57,259 nucleotides of DNA from Methanobacteriota archaeon (GCA_002725475.1 PBPH01000051.1:1-57259), one strand, 5' to 3'. Shown: positions 35,393 to 45,288, counted from the stretch's first letter. The notes: generated from the letters alone by a model not told the origin. Numbers and translations are program-made.

Positions 35393-35998
35393 TCAATCTT
35401 CAACATCGAGAACTTCTTCGGAAATATTTTCGTCAATTTCGTCTTCCTCATGTTTTTTCAGTAAAACTTTAACAAACAACTTTTCAGATTCGAATCTTGT
35501 TCCCCAGTGTGTGGCAGCCATTTCAACGAGATTTTTGTGCCTCGCACCAAGTGAAACGCCCCTACCATTGGAGAAAAACAGAAGATCCATGTCATGCATC
35601 TTATCGTTAATTCGAATACAATCTAGTCTAGAATCCTCCTCAAACTCAGGAAAATATTCTGATACTTGATCAATTCTCAAAGGTTGTCCATAATCAAAAG
35701 ATACGACCAGTGGTCCTTTCTCAGTAGTCAATCCCTCGTCAGCCCTGCCTAGTCTTAGTAACATTTCACGAGCAGCAGCCCATGCAATTTCAGAATGATT
35801 GGTGCCGTGAACAACCAATCTTCCGTCCTGATCGACTAGCAATGTGGCGCGTGGATTCTTAAGAGCTAAAATTACAAATTTACCACTTTTTTTGCCTCCA
35901 AGAGTAGTTATCACCTCTTCAGAGTTGAAAGGTTCTGGTGCCGTGAAACGTATCAATTGATTTTCAACGCGAACTTCAACAGCACTTTTTCTAGCCAT
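35393..35998 (-). CDS. Divergent TATA-box-binding-protein-like protein (two TBP-type repeats, acidic tail)
   Basis: 201 aa. Repeat 1 (VEVRVENQLIRF...PRATLLVDQDGRLVVHGTNHSEIAWAAAREMLLRLG) and repeat 2 (LVVSFDYGQPLRIDQVSEYFPEFEED...MDLLFFSNGRGVSLGARHKNLVEMAA) follow the TBP pattern (IENIVAS...EYEPEQFPG...LLIFSSGK.V.TGAKS). Ends in an acidic tail. Confidence 0.5.
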   Translation of the reverse strand: MARKSAVEVRVENQLIRFTAPEPFNSEEVITTLGGKKSGKFVILALKNPRATLLVDQDGRLVVHGTNHSEIAWAAAREMLLRLGRADEGLTTEKGPLVVSFDYGQPLRIDQVSEYFPEFEEDSRLDCIRINDKMHDMDLLFFSNGRGVSLGARHKNLVEMAATHWGTRFESEKLFVKVLLKKHEEDEIDENISEEVLDVED

Positions 35999-36000
35999 AA

Positions 36001-36783
36001 TTAGTCCTCCACATCAACCGCTTCAAAACTCTCCACCTCGGGGTTAGTCTTGAGCGTTGCGAGTACATCTTTCATCCAATCCTGATAGATAGGAACCATC
36101 AAAATTGCAGATTCTTTGTTAATTGTCAAATCAGCCAATGCCCCTCTAAGGCGGGCAGCGAACCTAAGATTTCTAGTATCACGAAGTTGTTTATTCAACA
36201 TTGATTCAGAGCATCTCCACCAAGCAGCAGCAAGTCCTGCGCAAATTGCGATTTCTTCAGAAGAATCTTTGACACTAGGTTCGGTAACATCTGACTGAAC
36301 GCCTTTCCAAGTTTTTCTAAATCTTCTCCGTGCGAATAAATGACCAATCATTCGTGATAATTTGCTTGCTTCATCTACCACCTCTAGTGACCAGTTCAAC
36401 CACTCTTCATCATCAGCCCCTGGTTCCAAAAAATACGTTGGCAAACCACTTTTTTTTGCTAGATTCACCAAACGAAAAGGCTCAGGATCTGGTAATTTCG
36501 CGGCCCTTATATCTTCAAGTAATTGCATTTTCATTAACATCCTAGAAAAGTCCCCCCCTCCATGAATTGCTAACATTGTTGCAGAGCCCTTTCCATTCTT
36601 TTCCATTTGAGATTCTTCTTCCCATATTTCTTGTTCATCTGGGTGAAGTAATAGGGCGAGTCCGTCCCAATCATCTCTTGGCCGCAATTCTCTAGGAGAA
36701 ACCATTGTTGGGATATAGGGGTAGAAACGGATGGTTCCGCCGTTGGGGTCGTTCCAATCAACAGACTTCCATGGCCAAGTCAC
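36001..36783 (-). CDS. Hypothetical protein (260 aa)
   Basis: Tightly packed in the minus-strand gene string (2-bp and 9-bp gaps). Acidic C-terminus. No motif I can assign with confidence. Confidence 0.5.
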   Translation of the reverse strand: MTWPWKSVDWNDPNGGTIRFYPYIPTMVSPRELRPRDDWDGLALLLHPDEQEIWEEESQMEKNGKGSATMLAIHGGGDFSRMLMKMQLLEDIRAAKLPDPEPFRLVNLAKKSGLPTYFLEPGADDEEWLNWSLEVVDEASKLSRMIGHLFARRRFRKTWKGVQSDVTEPSVKDSSEEIAICAGLAAAWWRCSESMLNKQLRDTRNLRFAARLRGALADLTINKESAILMVPIYQDWMKDVLATLKTNPEVESFEAVDVED

Positions 36784-36792
36784 TCAACCACC

Positions 36793-38001
36793 TCACCGAA
36801 TAATTGAGGAATCTTTTGCTAAATCGTTAGTGATATTCTTTTGATGGCTCTCTAATGTCCCTCCTCCAATTTCAAGCAGCTTTGCGTCACGCCATAATCT
36901 CTCAACAACGTATTCTCCGACGTAACCATAGCCCCCCATTACCTGCATTGCTCTATCAGCTATTTCTTTTGCAAGTGTAGTTGCAACTAATTTGATTCCA
37001 TCAGAATCCAAACGTTGGCTACTCTTTTCAAGATCCATTTGTCTAGCTACATTGTAGAGATATGATTCCATTGAACGCCATTCAGCGAAAGACTGTCCAA
37101 TGTAACGTTGGATTTGTCCGAATTTCCTAATTGGTTTCCCAAATGCTTCTCTCTCGCTAGCATATCTATTCATCTCAAATAAAGCACGTCGAGAGATACC
37201 TACACTCATCGCGGCCAACATTAATCTTTCAAGTTCTAAGTTTCTCATCATATGAATCATTGATTCACCTTGAGACCCAACTAAAGAATCAGCAGAAACG
37301 ATGCAGTCATCATAAACCAATTCAGCGGTGTTTGAAGCCCTCATTCCAGTTTTATCCATGATTTTCTGACCAACTGAAAAACCAGGACTATCTGCATAAA
37401 CTAGAAATGTAGAAATCTCAGAACGCCCCCTTGAATCTTGTCCGGTCTTAGCATATGTCCAAACCACATCACAAGGAGTATCATCATCATCAATGCATCC
37501 GTTAGTAATCCACATTTTTCTTCCGTTGATTTTCCAAGTTCCATCATCTTGTTCTTCTGCAGTTGTACCCATGCCAAGTACATCTGTACCAACATCAGGC
37601 TCTGACATGGCCATGGCGGCTATCCATTCGCCACTGCAAACTTTAGGCAATATTTCCTGCTTCTGATCATCGGATCCGTTTCGTGCAAGGTTGTTAACAA
37701 ACAACATACTATGAGCCAAATATGCTAGTGCAAAACCAGGGTCACTGTATGACAACTCTTCATGTACAATTGCAGCAGCCAATGCATCCATCCCGGCTCC
37801 TCCGTATTCTTCTTGAGCTGTTATCCCAAGGAGTCCCATTTCTCCCATATCTCTGAGAAGTTGAGCATTAAACCGCTCGGCTCTATCATAATCTAGTGCT
37901 TGAGGCTCAACTTCTACTGCGACCCAATCTCGGACCATTTCCCTGAGCATAGCATGCTCATCTGTTGGGTTCGCGATATCAAGATCCTTCCAATTTGTCA
38001 C
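36793..38001 (-). CDS. Acyl-CoA dehydrogenase
   Basis: 402 aa with AMSEPDVGTDV (A.(T/S)EP.aGsD) and the C-terminal ERLWRDAKLLEIGGGTLESHQ (R.yRDAk...i.eGT.Ei) signatures. Confidence 0.9.
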   Translation of the reverse strand: MTNWKDLDIANPTDEHAMLREMVRDWVAVEVEPQALDYDRAERFNAQLLRDMGEMGLLGITAQEEYGGAGMDALAAAIVHEELSYSDPGFALAYLAHSMLFVNNLARNGSDDQKQEILPKVCSGEWIAAMAMSEPDVGTDVLGMGTTAEEQDDGTWKINGRKMWITNGCIDDDDTPCDVVWTYAKTGQDSRGRSEISTFLVYADSPGFSVGQKIMDKTGMRASNTAELVYDDCIVSADSLVGSQGESMIHMMRNLELERLMLAAMSVGISRRALFEMNRYASEREAFGKPIRKFGQIQRYIGQSFAEWRSMESYLYNVARQMDLEKSSQRLDSDGIKLVATTLAKEIADRAMQVMGGYGYVGEYVVERLWRDAKLLEIGGGTLESHQKNITNDLAKDSSIIR

Positions 38002-38031
38002 GATTACACCCTACTGCGTAATACTAACCAC

Positions 38032-41000
38032 TCAGTTGTTTTCCTTAACCCAGTCTTGAAGTTGCTGTATTGACCATCCTTGGTCAAAGTATCCTTGAAT
38101 AGTTTCTTCATCCCATTGTGGGAAGATACGTTTTGCTCTGTCCATCTTTGACTCACCTGAGCCAGGCGGTCCTGCGCTACGACCAGGAGGACCTCCTCCA
38201 CTGTATCCAGAAGTTTCAGTTCCGCGCCCTCCGTAGTCACCTCTTGACATTGGTCGAACAGCTTCCCCTGGTGGGAGGTAATCTTCATCTTCTATGAAGA
38301 AATCATCCTCATCCTCTCCCCTGTTACCCATGAACATCATGATACCCACAACTAGTGCGATTAGAACAATGATTACCGCAGCAATTCCTCCATACAGGGC
38401 CCAATTGGTCCCTCCGCTAGCAGAGGTGCCTGCAGCACGAATATGGAAGGAGTCAGATTCTCCAAGATCATTGCCATCCATATCTTGTATCTTGAACTTC
38501 ACGGAAGAAACAGCTTCTGGGAATGCATCTACTTGCACACGACAGATTTCTGACATGCTCGGGGTGTATGTAACTCCGCAACTATGATTGAAATTACCAA
38601 CCTGTTGTCCTTCTATTACAGTGAAAATTTGTAGTTGTAACTCACCTGAATCAGTTCCAACATTTGTCACATCAACCAGTATTTCGAACATTTGGCCAGC
38701 TTCTGGCTGACTGGGTGAAATCATTACACGATCGATTCTAAACTCGGCTTCCTGATAGGTTAGTGAGTACTCTCCACCTTCAACAGCAGAACCAAATTGG
38801 CCAGCCAATGTAATTCCATTTCCGGCCGAATCAGTTCCTGAAATCCAAAATCGTAAATCAACACCATCAAGATCAGATGGCAATTCATGGCCGGGCCACA
38901 AATCTAGACAATCAACAGATGCTCGATTAGGGGATGCGGTCAAATCCAAATCCAAATCCGCAGTTTGCCATGGGTCTGGATAAGTTGATTTGTATTTTGA
39001 CCAATTCAAGTCATTATAGTAGTACATCCAATTGATTTGCATAGAACCTTCAATCAATTTTTGCCTTTCTTCAATTGCGAAATCGATGTTGACACAGTGT
39101 ATTGTGGAGGATGGTAAAATTCCTGAATAGGATTCTCCACTGCCACCAGATTCTAAGTCCCATGAGCCCCAGACTGCCGTTGGTGCTTCGTTATCTACCT
39201 TGACGTAAAATGTCCTGTCATCAGCAATTGAGAAATCAGTTGCTCCAATAGGTAATGAGAATTCACAATCGGGATTGCTAGAATCTTCAGCAGCACAAAT
39301 TCGGAATACGTATCTATATTCATTTGTAGAAAGTGCTGCTGGAACCGTTAGGTCAAAAGTTCCGTTATAGAATGGGTAGTAACTAACCTCTGTAGCAGCA
39401 GCGACGTATCCACTTCCAGGTTTGTCAGATTCTCCACCAGGGTAAATGGGGATTCTTGTAATCTCCAATGTCATTGGAATTTCTGGTTGTACAAAAATTC
39501 CTCCTTCCAAAGCAGATTTGAAGAGATAATCTCCTGTAATTTGGAGAAGGTCGCCTGGTCTAACGAAGCCGCCACTAGCAGAACCTACAGATTGAGTAAT
39601 GAACCCGGAAGTATCACTGACGCTTAGAGTGGCAACATCGAATTTAAGCCCATCAGAATAGGCCCAACGCTGAATATATCTACTGCTGGAAAGCTTTGTT
39701 TCACTACTCTCAGGATCCAAATCTTTCATGAATACTTCAGGAGTGATGACTCCTTGCAAAGTAGTAACTCCCCACTTTAGACGAATCGGTAAATCAACCA
39801 AAAATTCCGTTTCAAATGGATCAATAAGTGCGGTACCATCCAAGCGAGTAGCTCTAGGTTTTATTCCGTCATCTTCTACATTCAAAAACTCAGCAGAAGT
39901 GCTTTCAGTCCATGCTGTCCCATTACGTGGAGAGAAGAAAAGAACTAGGTTATTGTTGTAAGCTGGATTCAAATCTACTTTGACATAATCAACATCTCTC
40001 CATCCATTTTCATCAGTTCCATCAATCAACAAATGGTAGACATTCCCAGCATACATGGATTTGTTAAACTCAGTTAGAGGATTTCCAAATGCATCTTCAA
40101 TATGTAGTGAATATGCTTGAGGGGGAATGGACATTTTTCCTATGTAAGTGACCAAGTCACCAATGAATCCACCCTCTCCACCATTTATCGGATTGCCAGA
40201 GATATCTGTGCCAGAAACAAACAAACTGGTTCTTGGGGCAGGCGCTCCATTGGGCACAGTTAATCCTGTTTGTCTATCATCAATACAATCATTTGTTGGG
40301 GGGCAACTGGGATTTGAAATGAAGTATGTTGTGTTTCCATTTGCATCTGTAGAATACTCTGTCAGAGCTACAGATTGGTACTCATCAATTTCAGCTTGCC
40401 TGTTGCTATTACTATCATGCTGTGCTTCAACCCAATAGTTCAAGGTAAATTCTGGTGGTGTTTCAGGTATGTCACGAACGATAACTCTGAACTTTTGGTT
40501 CGCAGCAGGTTCAATCCAAGTGTCATCCATCAATTCACGCCAATTTGTTCCAGTCCAGACACTTATATTCACAAGGAATGGAGAAAATTGGTCGATGTAT
40601 ACTGTCATAGGGATGCCACATTCGCTATCTGGAGAAAGTGATTGAGGTGGGCAAATTGTATTGCCGCCTGTATAATTTGCAAGACGCAGACGGAAGGTAT
40701 CATTGCCCGCTGAAAGTTCTGGCACAACTGGTTGCCAGGAAAAGTTACCACCCAATACTCCATTCAGTCGATCAACTTCAATCCATTCAGTTAGGTTTGA
40801 CTCATTCTGAGTTTCAAAAATTAGGAAATATGATGATGGGTCTGGGGCAACGTCAAGGTTCTCAAGACGAACGGTACCCTCAAGCGTGAATATGTTGTTA
40901 CTATGGACATTTGAAAGATCTGCTTGTGGGTCCCCTGCCTGATTAAATACAGTTAGTTGTGATATGGATGCATCATTTTCCACCGCATTCCCCGGGCCCG

Positions 41001-43911
41001 CGGGGTTAAATAATCTGGCTGCAGGTAATCCTTCAGAGCCAGAATCTGTAATCAATGTAGTAAAAATTCTAGCAGATTCAGAATCCTCCCAAGCCGAATT
41101 AATTCGGAATCGCCAGGTTATCTCCTTTCCATTTGCAATATCAGTAGAACTTGATAAGGCCGCCAAAATTGATACGAGCTCAGATGATTCACTGTTCGGA
41201 TACCAAAATGAATCATTGTTAGAAGACCAAATAATCTCAGAGAAACCACTTTCAGACTCAAATTGTAGGCTTGCTCCAACCATAGAAACTCCAGAAATAG
41301 ATGGGTCGATTGAATGTGAAGAAATCACCTCATAAACTTCGCCAGTGGCATACAAACCACCCCATTCCTCACTCATGTTTAGCGTAGAATCATAACCACT
41401 TTCTGTAGTGACTAATAGATTGGAAAGAGACAATCCCCCACCACTATCTGATGTAAATTTCATTGGGACTAATACTTCTCCACCGATTGCTTGTCCAAGC
41501 GCGACACCTTGGTTTAGTTCTCTAGCAATATTGTTGTCATCCGATAGAGTGCGACTCCAGGTGTAGAATATGTCTAAGTCCTTCAGGTTGATACTTGATG
41601 CTGCCTGGGCTGTCGGGTTTGTAAATCGGAAGCGGAATTGAATCCACTCGTTCCCATATGAATCGACATTACTTACAGGTACAGTTGAATTATCGATTAG
41701 AGATTGAAGGTTGTGGGCGAATTGCTTCAAATCGCTCCTTTCGTCATCAGGTGTTAGCCGAGCCTCTTCACCGACAGTTCCTATCAACTCGGAAGCCTGT
41801 CCAGCGAGTAGTTCAATTGTTGCGTTTCCAATATTGGCATTATCGAATGATAATTCAGCATGGCTGATGTCAGCACCTTTTGGTAAGAAGAAAACAGCAC
41901 CTTCAGCTTCGCCGTTGATATTCATCGACAAGATGGTATTATCCGATCCATAATTGATTCCGTTAATCATTTGTGTTCTGAACATCTGCTGACGACCCAA
42001 TGAACCATATGCGCTTTCGGTGATTCCCCATTCTATGTCCCCGTCACCCGCAACATCGAGTTCGATGTTAGACATGGTGTGAGCAAATTGAATCTCCATC
42101 CACATTGAATATACAGTACATTGGGCTGAATATTGTATTCCTAAAGCGATTCCTGTAGAGGGTGCACCAAAACTCAACCATTGATTATTTAATGGACTAA
42201 AGGTGCCAGAATTATTGTTTGTTGGAACAACAAATATTTGTCTATCTGAGGAGGTACAAGAATCAGAAATAATTGGTTTGACTGCCATAATCGGCATCTT
42301 GAATCTATTTTTTGATAACGCGGGGGACCAGTCGTTATCTATCATCGTGGGGCTGTATCCAATTACTCCCCCTCCTGGTTCACTTGTCCACTGGCCATTA
42401 GCAAAATTTCCACCAATGTACATTATGGAATCAGATGAATTTAGTCCAGTACCTATTTTCGATCCAAGTGTGAAGCCGTATAATACGGGGGTATTCATTC
42501 TGCTAGCTCCCGAATTGTAATTAAATCGCAAATCAATCAAACCATACTGATCAGTATCAATATCCCACAATTCAATCAACTCACCTTCAAGCCCAGACAA
42601 AGATTTTCCATTACTGTCAATTACAACTTGGCCGTTTGAAGAATCTAGAATATCTACTGTGAATGAACCCGGCCCAGTAGTTACCACTTCAACATCAAGA
42701 ATCCCGTAACCCTCAGGGAAACTATCCCCGCTCAATTGAGGGGTTGCAGAGAACGATTTCATTACTACACTTCCAGATTGAGGCAACGGGTCACCAATCT
42801 GTAATGTGTCAATATACCAACCGGGCATGGTGGCATTCACCGGTGTTCCCATTACTACATTTCTTTCAAGAATAAATCGCAAACGGATGTACTTACCTTC
42901 TGACATTGACAAATCTAATCCTATGTTTGCCCAACCATTCTGATTGTTTGGAGACATGCTTTCCCCCGCTAGGAGCCAAGCATTTGCTGGTACCGAAATT
43001 GTACCCTTGCCGTTACAATTTGATTGAACTTTGTTTGCACCTGAAGTTTGGACTTTCTGGAATAGTCCATGAGTACCCTGCTGCACTCCAGTAGTGTTTC
43101 CGATATCAAAATCGAGGAAACTCCACTGAGACCAACCAACCGCATCGGAGGAATCCTGGAAAGCAACGTATGCACAATCCTCGTAGTACATTGCTCCTGG
43201 TCCGGTGGAGCGATAGTTTAGGCTGTGCCAAGAATTGAATGATGCAGAACCTTTGTTGGGATGAACCCAGATAGGGCTCGTATCCATAGTATATTCAAAA
43301 CTATTTGTCATTGAATCATCGGTGTAATCAGGATCGTCAAAGTTGGTCCCCCAACAGTAGTTACCCATGCCACAACCAGTGGGGGGCATCATTAGGCCAC
43401 CCATGCCTCCGCCGGGCGTCTTTCTTTCCCAATTGAATAAACCATCAATGGCAGGTCCCGGAACCATTCCTTGGCCCCCTGTCTCGAATTCAGCATTGAA
43501 TCCCAGGCTTGATAGAGACAAATGGTCTTGTTCTGCAGAGAATGAACAATCCATAATATTGGTGGGGTGGTGGCAGTTGGCATCACTGTAAGTTGTCAAA
43601 CCATTGTTGTATCTAGGATCCCAAATCCCGCCCCCGTTAGGAGGCATAATCGACTCGTCATAAGTTATGAAGTCACTATGTGTTGCAAAACCTGTAGAAA
43701 CATTCAGACTTGCAGATGTAATTGTTTCTCCTTCCGGTAGTGAAATTGCCCCACTCAAACTATCCTGATAACTGCCGGGAATCCTAAGTTCGACATCAAC
43801 TTCTGTACTCCCGTCAGAAAATATCGTCACTGACGCAGCACCCGCTGATGTGGATAAGAGCATTAGCCCAATTATCAGGTAACTTACCGACTTTTTATTT
43901 CTATTATTCAT
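38032..43911 (-). CDS. Giant secreted, C-terminally membrane-anchored surface protein (paralog of 7119..12164)
   Basis: The ORF is open to 43923. The ATG at 43911 follows GGTGAGG and gives the signal peptide MNNRNKKSVSYLIIGLMLLSTSAGA. C-terminal TM helix GGIAAVIIVLIALVVGIMMFM, then an acidic and Gly/Pro-rich cytoplasmic tail. Shares sequence blocks with the 7119 gene (see findings). Confidence 0.8.
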   Translation of the reverse strand: MNNRNKKSVSYLIIGLMLLSTSAGAASVTIFSDGSTEVDVELRIPGSYQDSLSGAISLPEGETITSASLNVSTGFATHSDFITYDESIMPPNGGGIWDPRYNNGLTTYSDANCHHPTNIMDCSFSAEQDHLSLSSLGFNAEFETGGQGMVPGPAIDGLFNWERKTPGGGMGGLMMPPTGCGMGNYCWGTNFDDPDYTDDSMTNSFEYTMDTSPIWVHPNKGSASFNSWHSLNYRSTGPGAMYYEDCAYVAFQDSSDAVGWSQWSFLDFDIGNTTGVQQGTHGLFQKVQTSGANKVQSNCNGKGTISVPANAWLLAGESMSPNNQNGWANIGLDLSMSEGKYIRLRFILERNVVMGTPVNATMPGWYIDTLQIGDPLPQSGSVVMKSFSATPQLSGDSFPEGYGILDVEVVTTGPGSFTVDILDSSNGQVVIDSNGKSLSGLEGELIELWDIDTDQYGLIDLRFNYNSGASRMNTPVLYGFTLGSKIGTGLNSSDSIMYIGGNFANGQWTSEPGGGVIGYSPTMIDNDWSPALSKNRFKMPIMAVKPIISDSCTSSDRQIFVVPTNNNSGTFSPLNNQWLSFGAPSTGIALGIQYSAQCTVYSMWMEIQFAHTMSNIELDVAGDGDIEWGITESAYGSLGRQQMFRTQMINGINYGSDNTILSMNINGEAEGAVFFLPKGADISHAELSFDNANIGNATIELLAGQASELIGTVGEEARLTPDDERSDLKQFAHNLQSLIDNSTVPVSNVDSYGNEWIQFRFRFTNPTAQAASSINLKDLDIFYTWSRTLSDDNNIARELNQGVALGQAIGGEVLVPMKFTSDSGGGLSLSNLLVTTESGYDSTLNMSEEWGGLYATGEVYEVISSHSIDPSISGVSMVGASLQFESESGFSEIIWSSNNDSFWYPNSESSELVSILAALSSSTDIANGKEITWRFRINSAWEDSESARIFTTLITDSGSEGLPAARLFNPAGPGNAVENDASISQLTVFNQAGDPQADLSNVHSNNIFTLEGTVRLENLDVAPDPSSYFLIFETQNESNLTEWIEVDRLNGVLGGNFSWQPVVPELSAGNDTFRLRLANYTGGNTICPPQSLSPDSECGIPMTVYIDQFSPFLVNISVWTGTNWRELMDDTWIEPAANQKFRVIVRDIPETPPEFTLNYWVEAQHDSNSNRQAEIDEYQSVALTEYSTDANGNTTYFISNPSCPPTNDCIDDRQTGLTVPNGAPAPRTSLFVSGTDISGNPINGGEGGFIGDLVTYIGKMSIPPQAYSLHIEDAFGNPLTEFNKSMYAGNVYHLLIDGTDENGWRDVDYVKVDLNPAYNNNLVLFFSPRNGTAWTESTSAEFLNVEDDGIKPRATRLDGTALIDPFETEFLVDLPIRLKWGVTTLQGVITPEVFMKDLDPESSETKLSSSRYIQRWAYSDGLKFDVATLSVSDTSGFITQSVGSASGGFVRPGDLLQITGDYLFKSALEGGIFVQPEIPMTLEITRIPIYPGGESDKPGSGYVAAATEVSYYPFYNGTFDLTVPAALSTNEYRYVFRICAAEDSSNPDCEFSLPIGATDFSIADDRTFYVKVDNEAPTAVWGSWDLESGGSGESYSGILPSSTIHCVNIDFAIEERQKLIEGSMQINWMYYYNDLNWSKYKSTYPDPWQTADLDLDLTASPNRASVDCLDLWPGHELPSDLDGVDLRFWISGTDSAGNGITLAGQFGSAVEGGEYSLTYQEAEFRIDRVMISPSQPEAGQMFEILVDVTNVGTDSGELQLQIFTVIEGQQVGNFNHSCGVTYTPSMSEICRVQVDAFPEAVSSVKFKIQDMDGNDLGESDSFHIRAAGTSASGGTNWALYGGIAAVIIVLIALVVGIMMFMGNRGEDEDDFFIEDEDYLPPGEAVRPMSRGDYGGRGTETSGYSGGGPPGRSAGPPGSGESKMDRAKRIFPQWDEETIQGYFDQGWSIQQLQDWVKENN

Positions 43912-43923
43912 GTTCCTCACCAT

Positions 43924-43940
43924 GAACCGCTATGCGGTTC
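43924..43940 (-). promoter_or_regulatory. Hairpin (GAACCGC-tat-GCGGTTC) directly upstream of the giant surface-protein gene
   Basis: Perfect 7-bp inverted repeat with a 3-nt loop between the ThiI-like stop (43997) and the giant gene start. It could be a terminator or a 5'-UTR element. Confidence 0.3.
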
Positions 43941-43996
43941 AGCAAACCGACTCCTGATTTGCATTTAACCTCAATGGGCTATTGTACTTCCCAATC

Positions 43997-44677
43997 TTAC
44001 ACAGAAAGTGCTTCAAAACGGCGCTGCGAGTAACAACTTTCTGCTAATTTCGCCAGTCCTCCGAGTTCGCCCTCGTTCTCGATTAAACGTTCAATATTTG
44101 CTACTGTGGTAGGTCTTTTTGGGCCCAGCGCATCACACAATTCAGGGCCTTTGCTAATTTCAAAAGTCCCCAACATTCTGGCTTCATCTACAATCTCCTG
44201 TTTATCTAGCCCCAAAAGGGGCCTAAGGATGGGCAAAGATGAAGCTAATTCTACAGCACCTAGATTTCCTAATGTTTGACTAGAAACCTGCCCAAGGTTT
44301 TCACCAGTTAAAAGATGAGTTGCGCCTACATCTTTTGCTATAAGACAACCCAGCTGATTAAACAGTCTTTTCATATGGACAAAATAATCTCTGTGGGATG
44401 AAGGTTTAGTGAATTTAGCTAGTGTTTCACCAACAGGAATTACCATTAATTCCGTCATAATTTGACTTGATAATTCAGCAAGAGGTCCATCGGGATCAGC
44501 AAGATGAGTAAGTGTGGAGAGCGTTTTTTCTTCAGCCTCCCGCCCAGTAATGGGTTCTTGACTGCAATGCATTGGGTAAATTTTCCATCCTGCTTTAGCC
44601 ATTCTTGCTACTGCAACAGGAGAATCGATGCCACCCGAAACTAAAGCAATTGCAACTCGTTCCCGGCCCCCTTCCAT
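43997..44677 (-). CDS. ThiI-like PP-loop ATP pyrophosphatase (tRNA sulfurtransferase catalytic domain only)
   Basis: VAIALVSGGIDSPVA (SGGxDS PP-loop, as in ThiI). Start trimmed to the ATG at 44677 (MEGGRERV...) because the longer ORF to 44923 overlaps the divergent thioesterase gene. There is no room for a THUMP domain. Confidence 0.65.
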   Translation of the reverse strand: MEGGRERVAIALVSGGIDSPVAVARMAKAGWKIYPMHCSQEPITGREAEEKTLSTLTHLADPDGPLAELSSQIMTELMVIPVGETLAKFTKPSSHRDYFVHMKRLFNQLGCLIAKDVGATHLLTGENLGQVSSQTLGNLGAVELASSLPILRPLLGLDKQEIVDEARMLGTFEISKGPELCDALGPKRPTTVANIERLIENEGELGGLAKLAESCYSQRRFEALSV

Positions 44678-44787
44678 GAATCTCGGAAGTGGTTCTACCG
44701 GATGAGCGCTTCTCTTACAATCGCAATCACGTGCCTTCAAAAAAACAAGGCTTGATGAGGGGGGAGCGCTGGGAGCATATTGATAAT

Positions 44788-45249
44788 ATGACATCTGAAC
44801 CATTCTCCATCGAACCTGTGGTCTTGATTCAGGAGGTTTTTCCTGGTGATACAAATGCCTACAATACGCTGTTTGGCGGTAGGTTACTATCAATGATGGA
44901 TACCGCAGCAGGAATTGTCTCAAGCAAATTTGCTCACCGCCAATTTGTTACAGTAAGTATAGATGCTCTGAAATTCAAAAAACCAGCATATCAAGGAGAT
45001 TTGATTGAGGTTACTGCCAAGGTAGTTTTTACTTCAACACACACAGCGGGTTGTCATGTAGTCGCTCGAAGAATAGATAGAAGTGTATGGGAAACTGAAG
45101 ACATATGCTCCGGCTTCTTCTTCATGGTAGCAATCGATAGTCAAATGCGACCAATTCCAATCCCACAATTTGAACCCCAAAATGCCGAAGAACAACAACT
45201 CTGGGATGAAGCAAAATCAGCACGTGATGCAATGAAGTCGAACGACTGA
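44788..45249 (+). CDS. Acyl-CoA thioester hydrolase (hot-dog fold, YciA/BFIT-like)
   Basis: VFPGDTNAYNTLFGGRLLSMMDTAAGI...FVTVSIDALKFKKPAYQGDLIEV matches the acyl-CoA thioesterase hot-dog pattern. Start set to the ATG at 44788 (MTSEPF...). Confidence 0.75.
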   Translation: MTSEPFSIEPVVLIQEVFPGDTNAYNTLFGGRLLSMMDTAAGIVSSKFAHRQFVTVSIDALKFKKPAYQGDLIEVTAKVVFTSTHTAGCHVVARRIDRSVWETEDICSGFFFMVAIDSQMRPIPIPQFEPQNAEEQQLWDEAKSARDAMKSND

Positions 45250-45288
45250 GCCGGCGGGTTCAATTCTGATAGTCCATCCCGCACACTC

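Noticed and set aside
38004-38288. A 94-aa ORF overlapping the 3' end of the giant surface-protein gene in another frame. Many similar short antisense or out-of-frame ORFs are listed inside long genes (e.g. 3621-3992, 24637-25083, 29157-29534, 31551-32030, 40964-41335).
   Set aside because: All are embedded in much longer ORFs with clear homology or domain structure, and none shows a recognisable motif. They are treated as shadow ORFs.
44678-44923. The mutually overlapping N-terminal extensions of the divergent ThiI-like (to 44923) and thioesterase (from 44689) ORFs.
   Set aside because: Both extensions cannot be real. Each is compositionally odd, and internal ATGs at 44677 and 44788 coincide with the start of recognisable homology and leave a 110-bp divergent promoter region.
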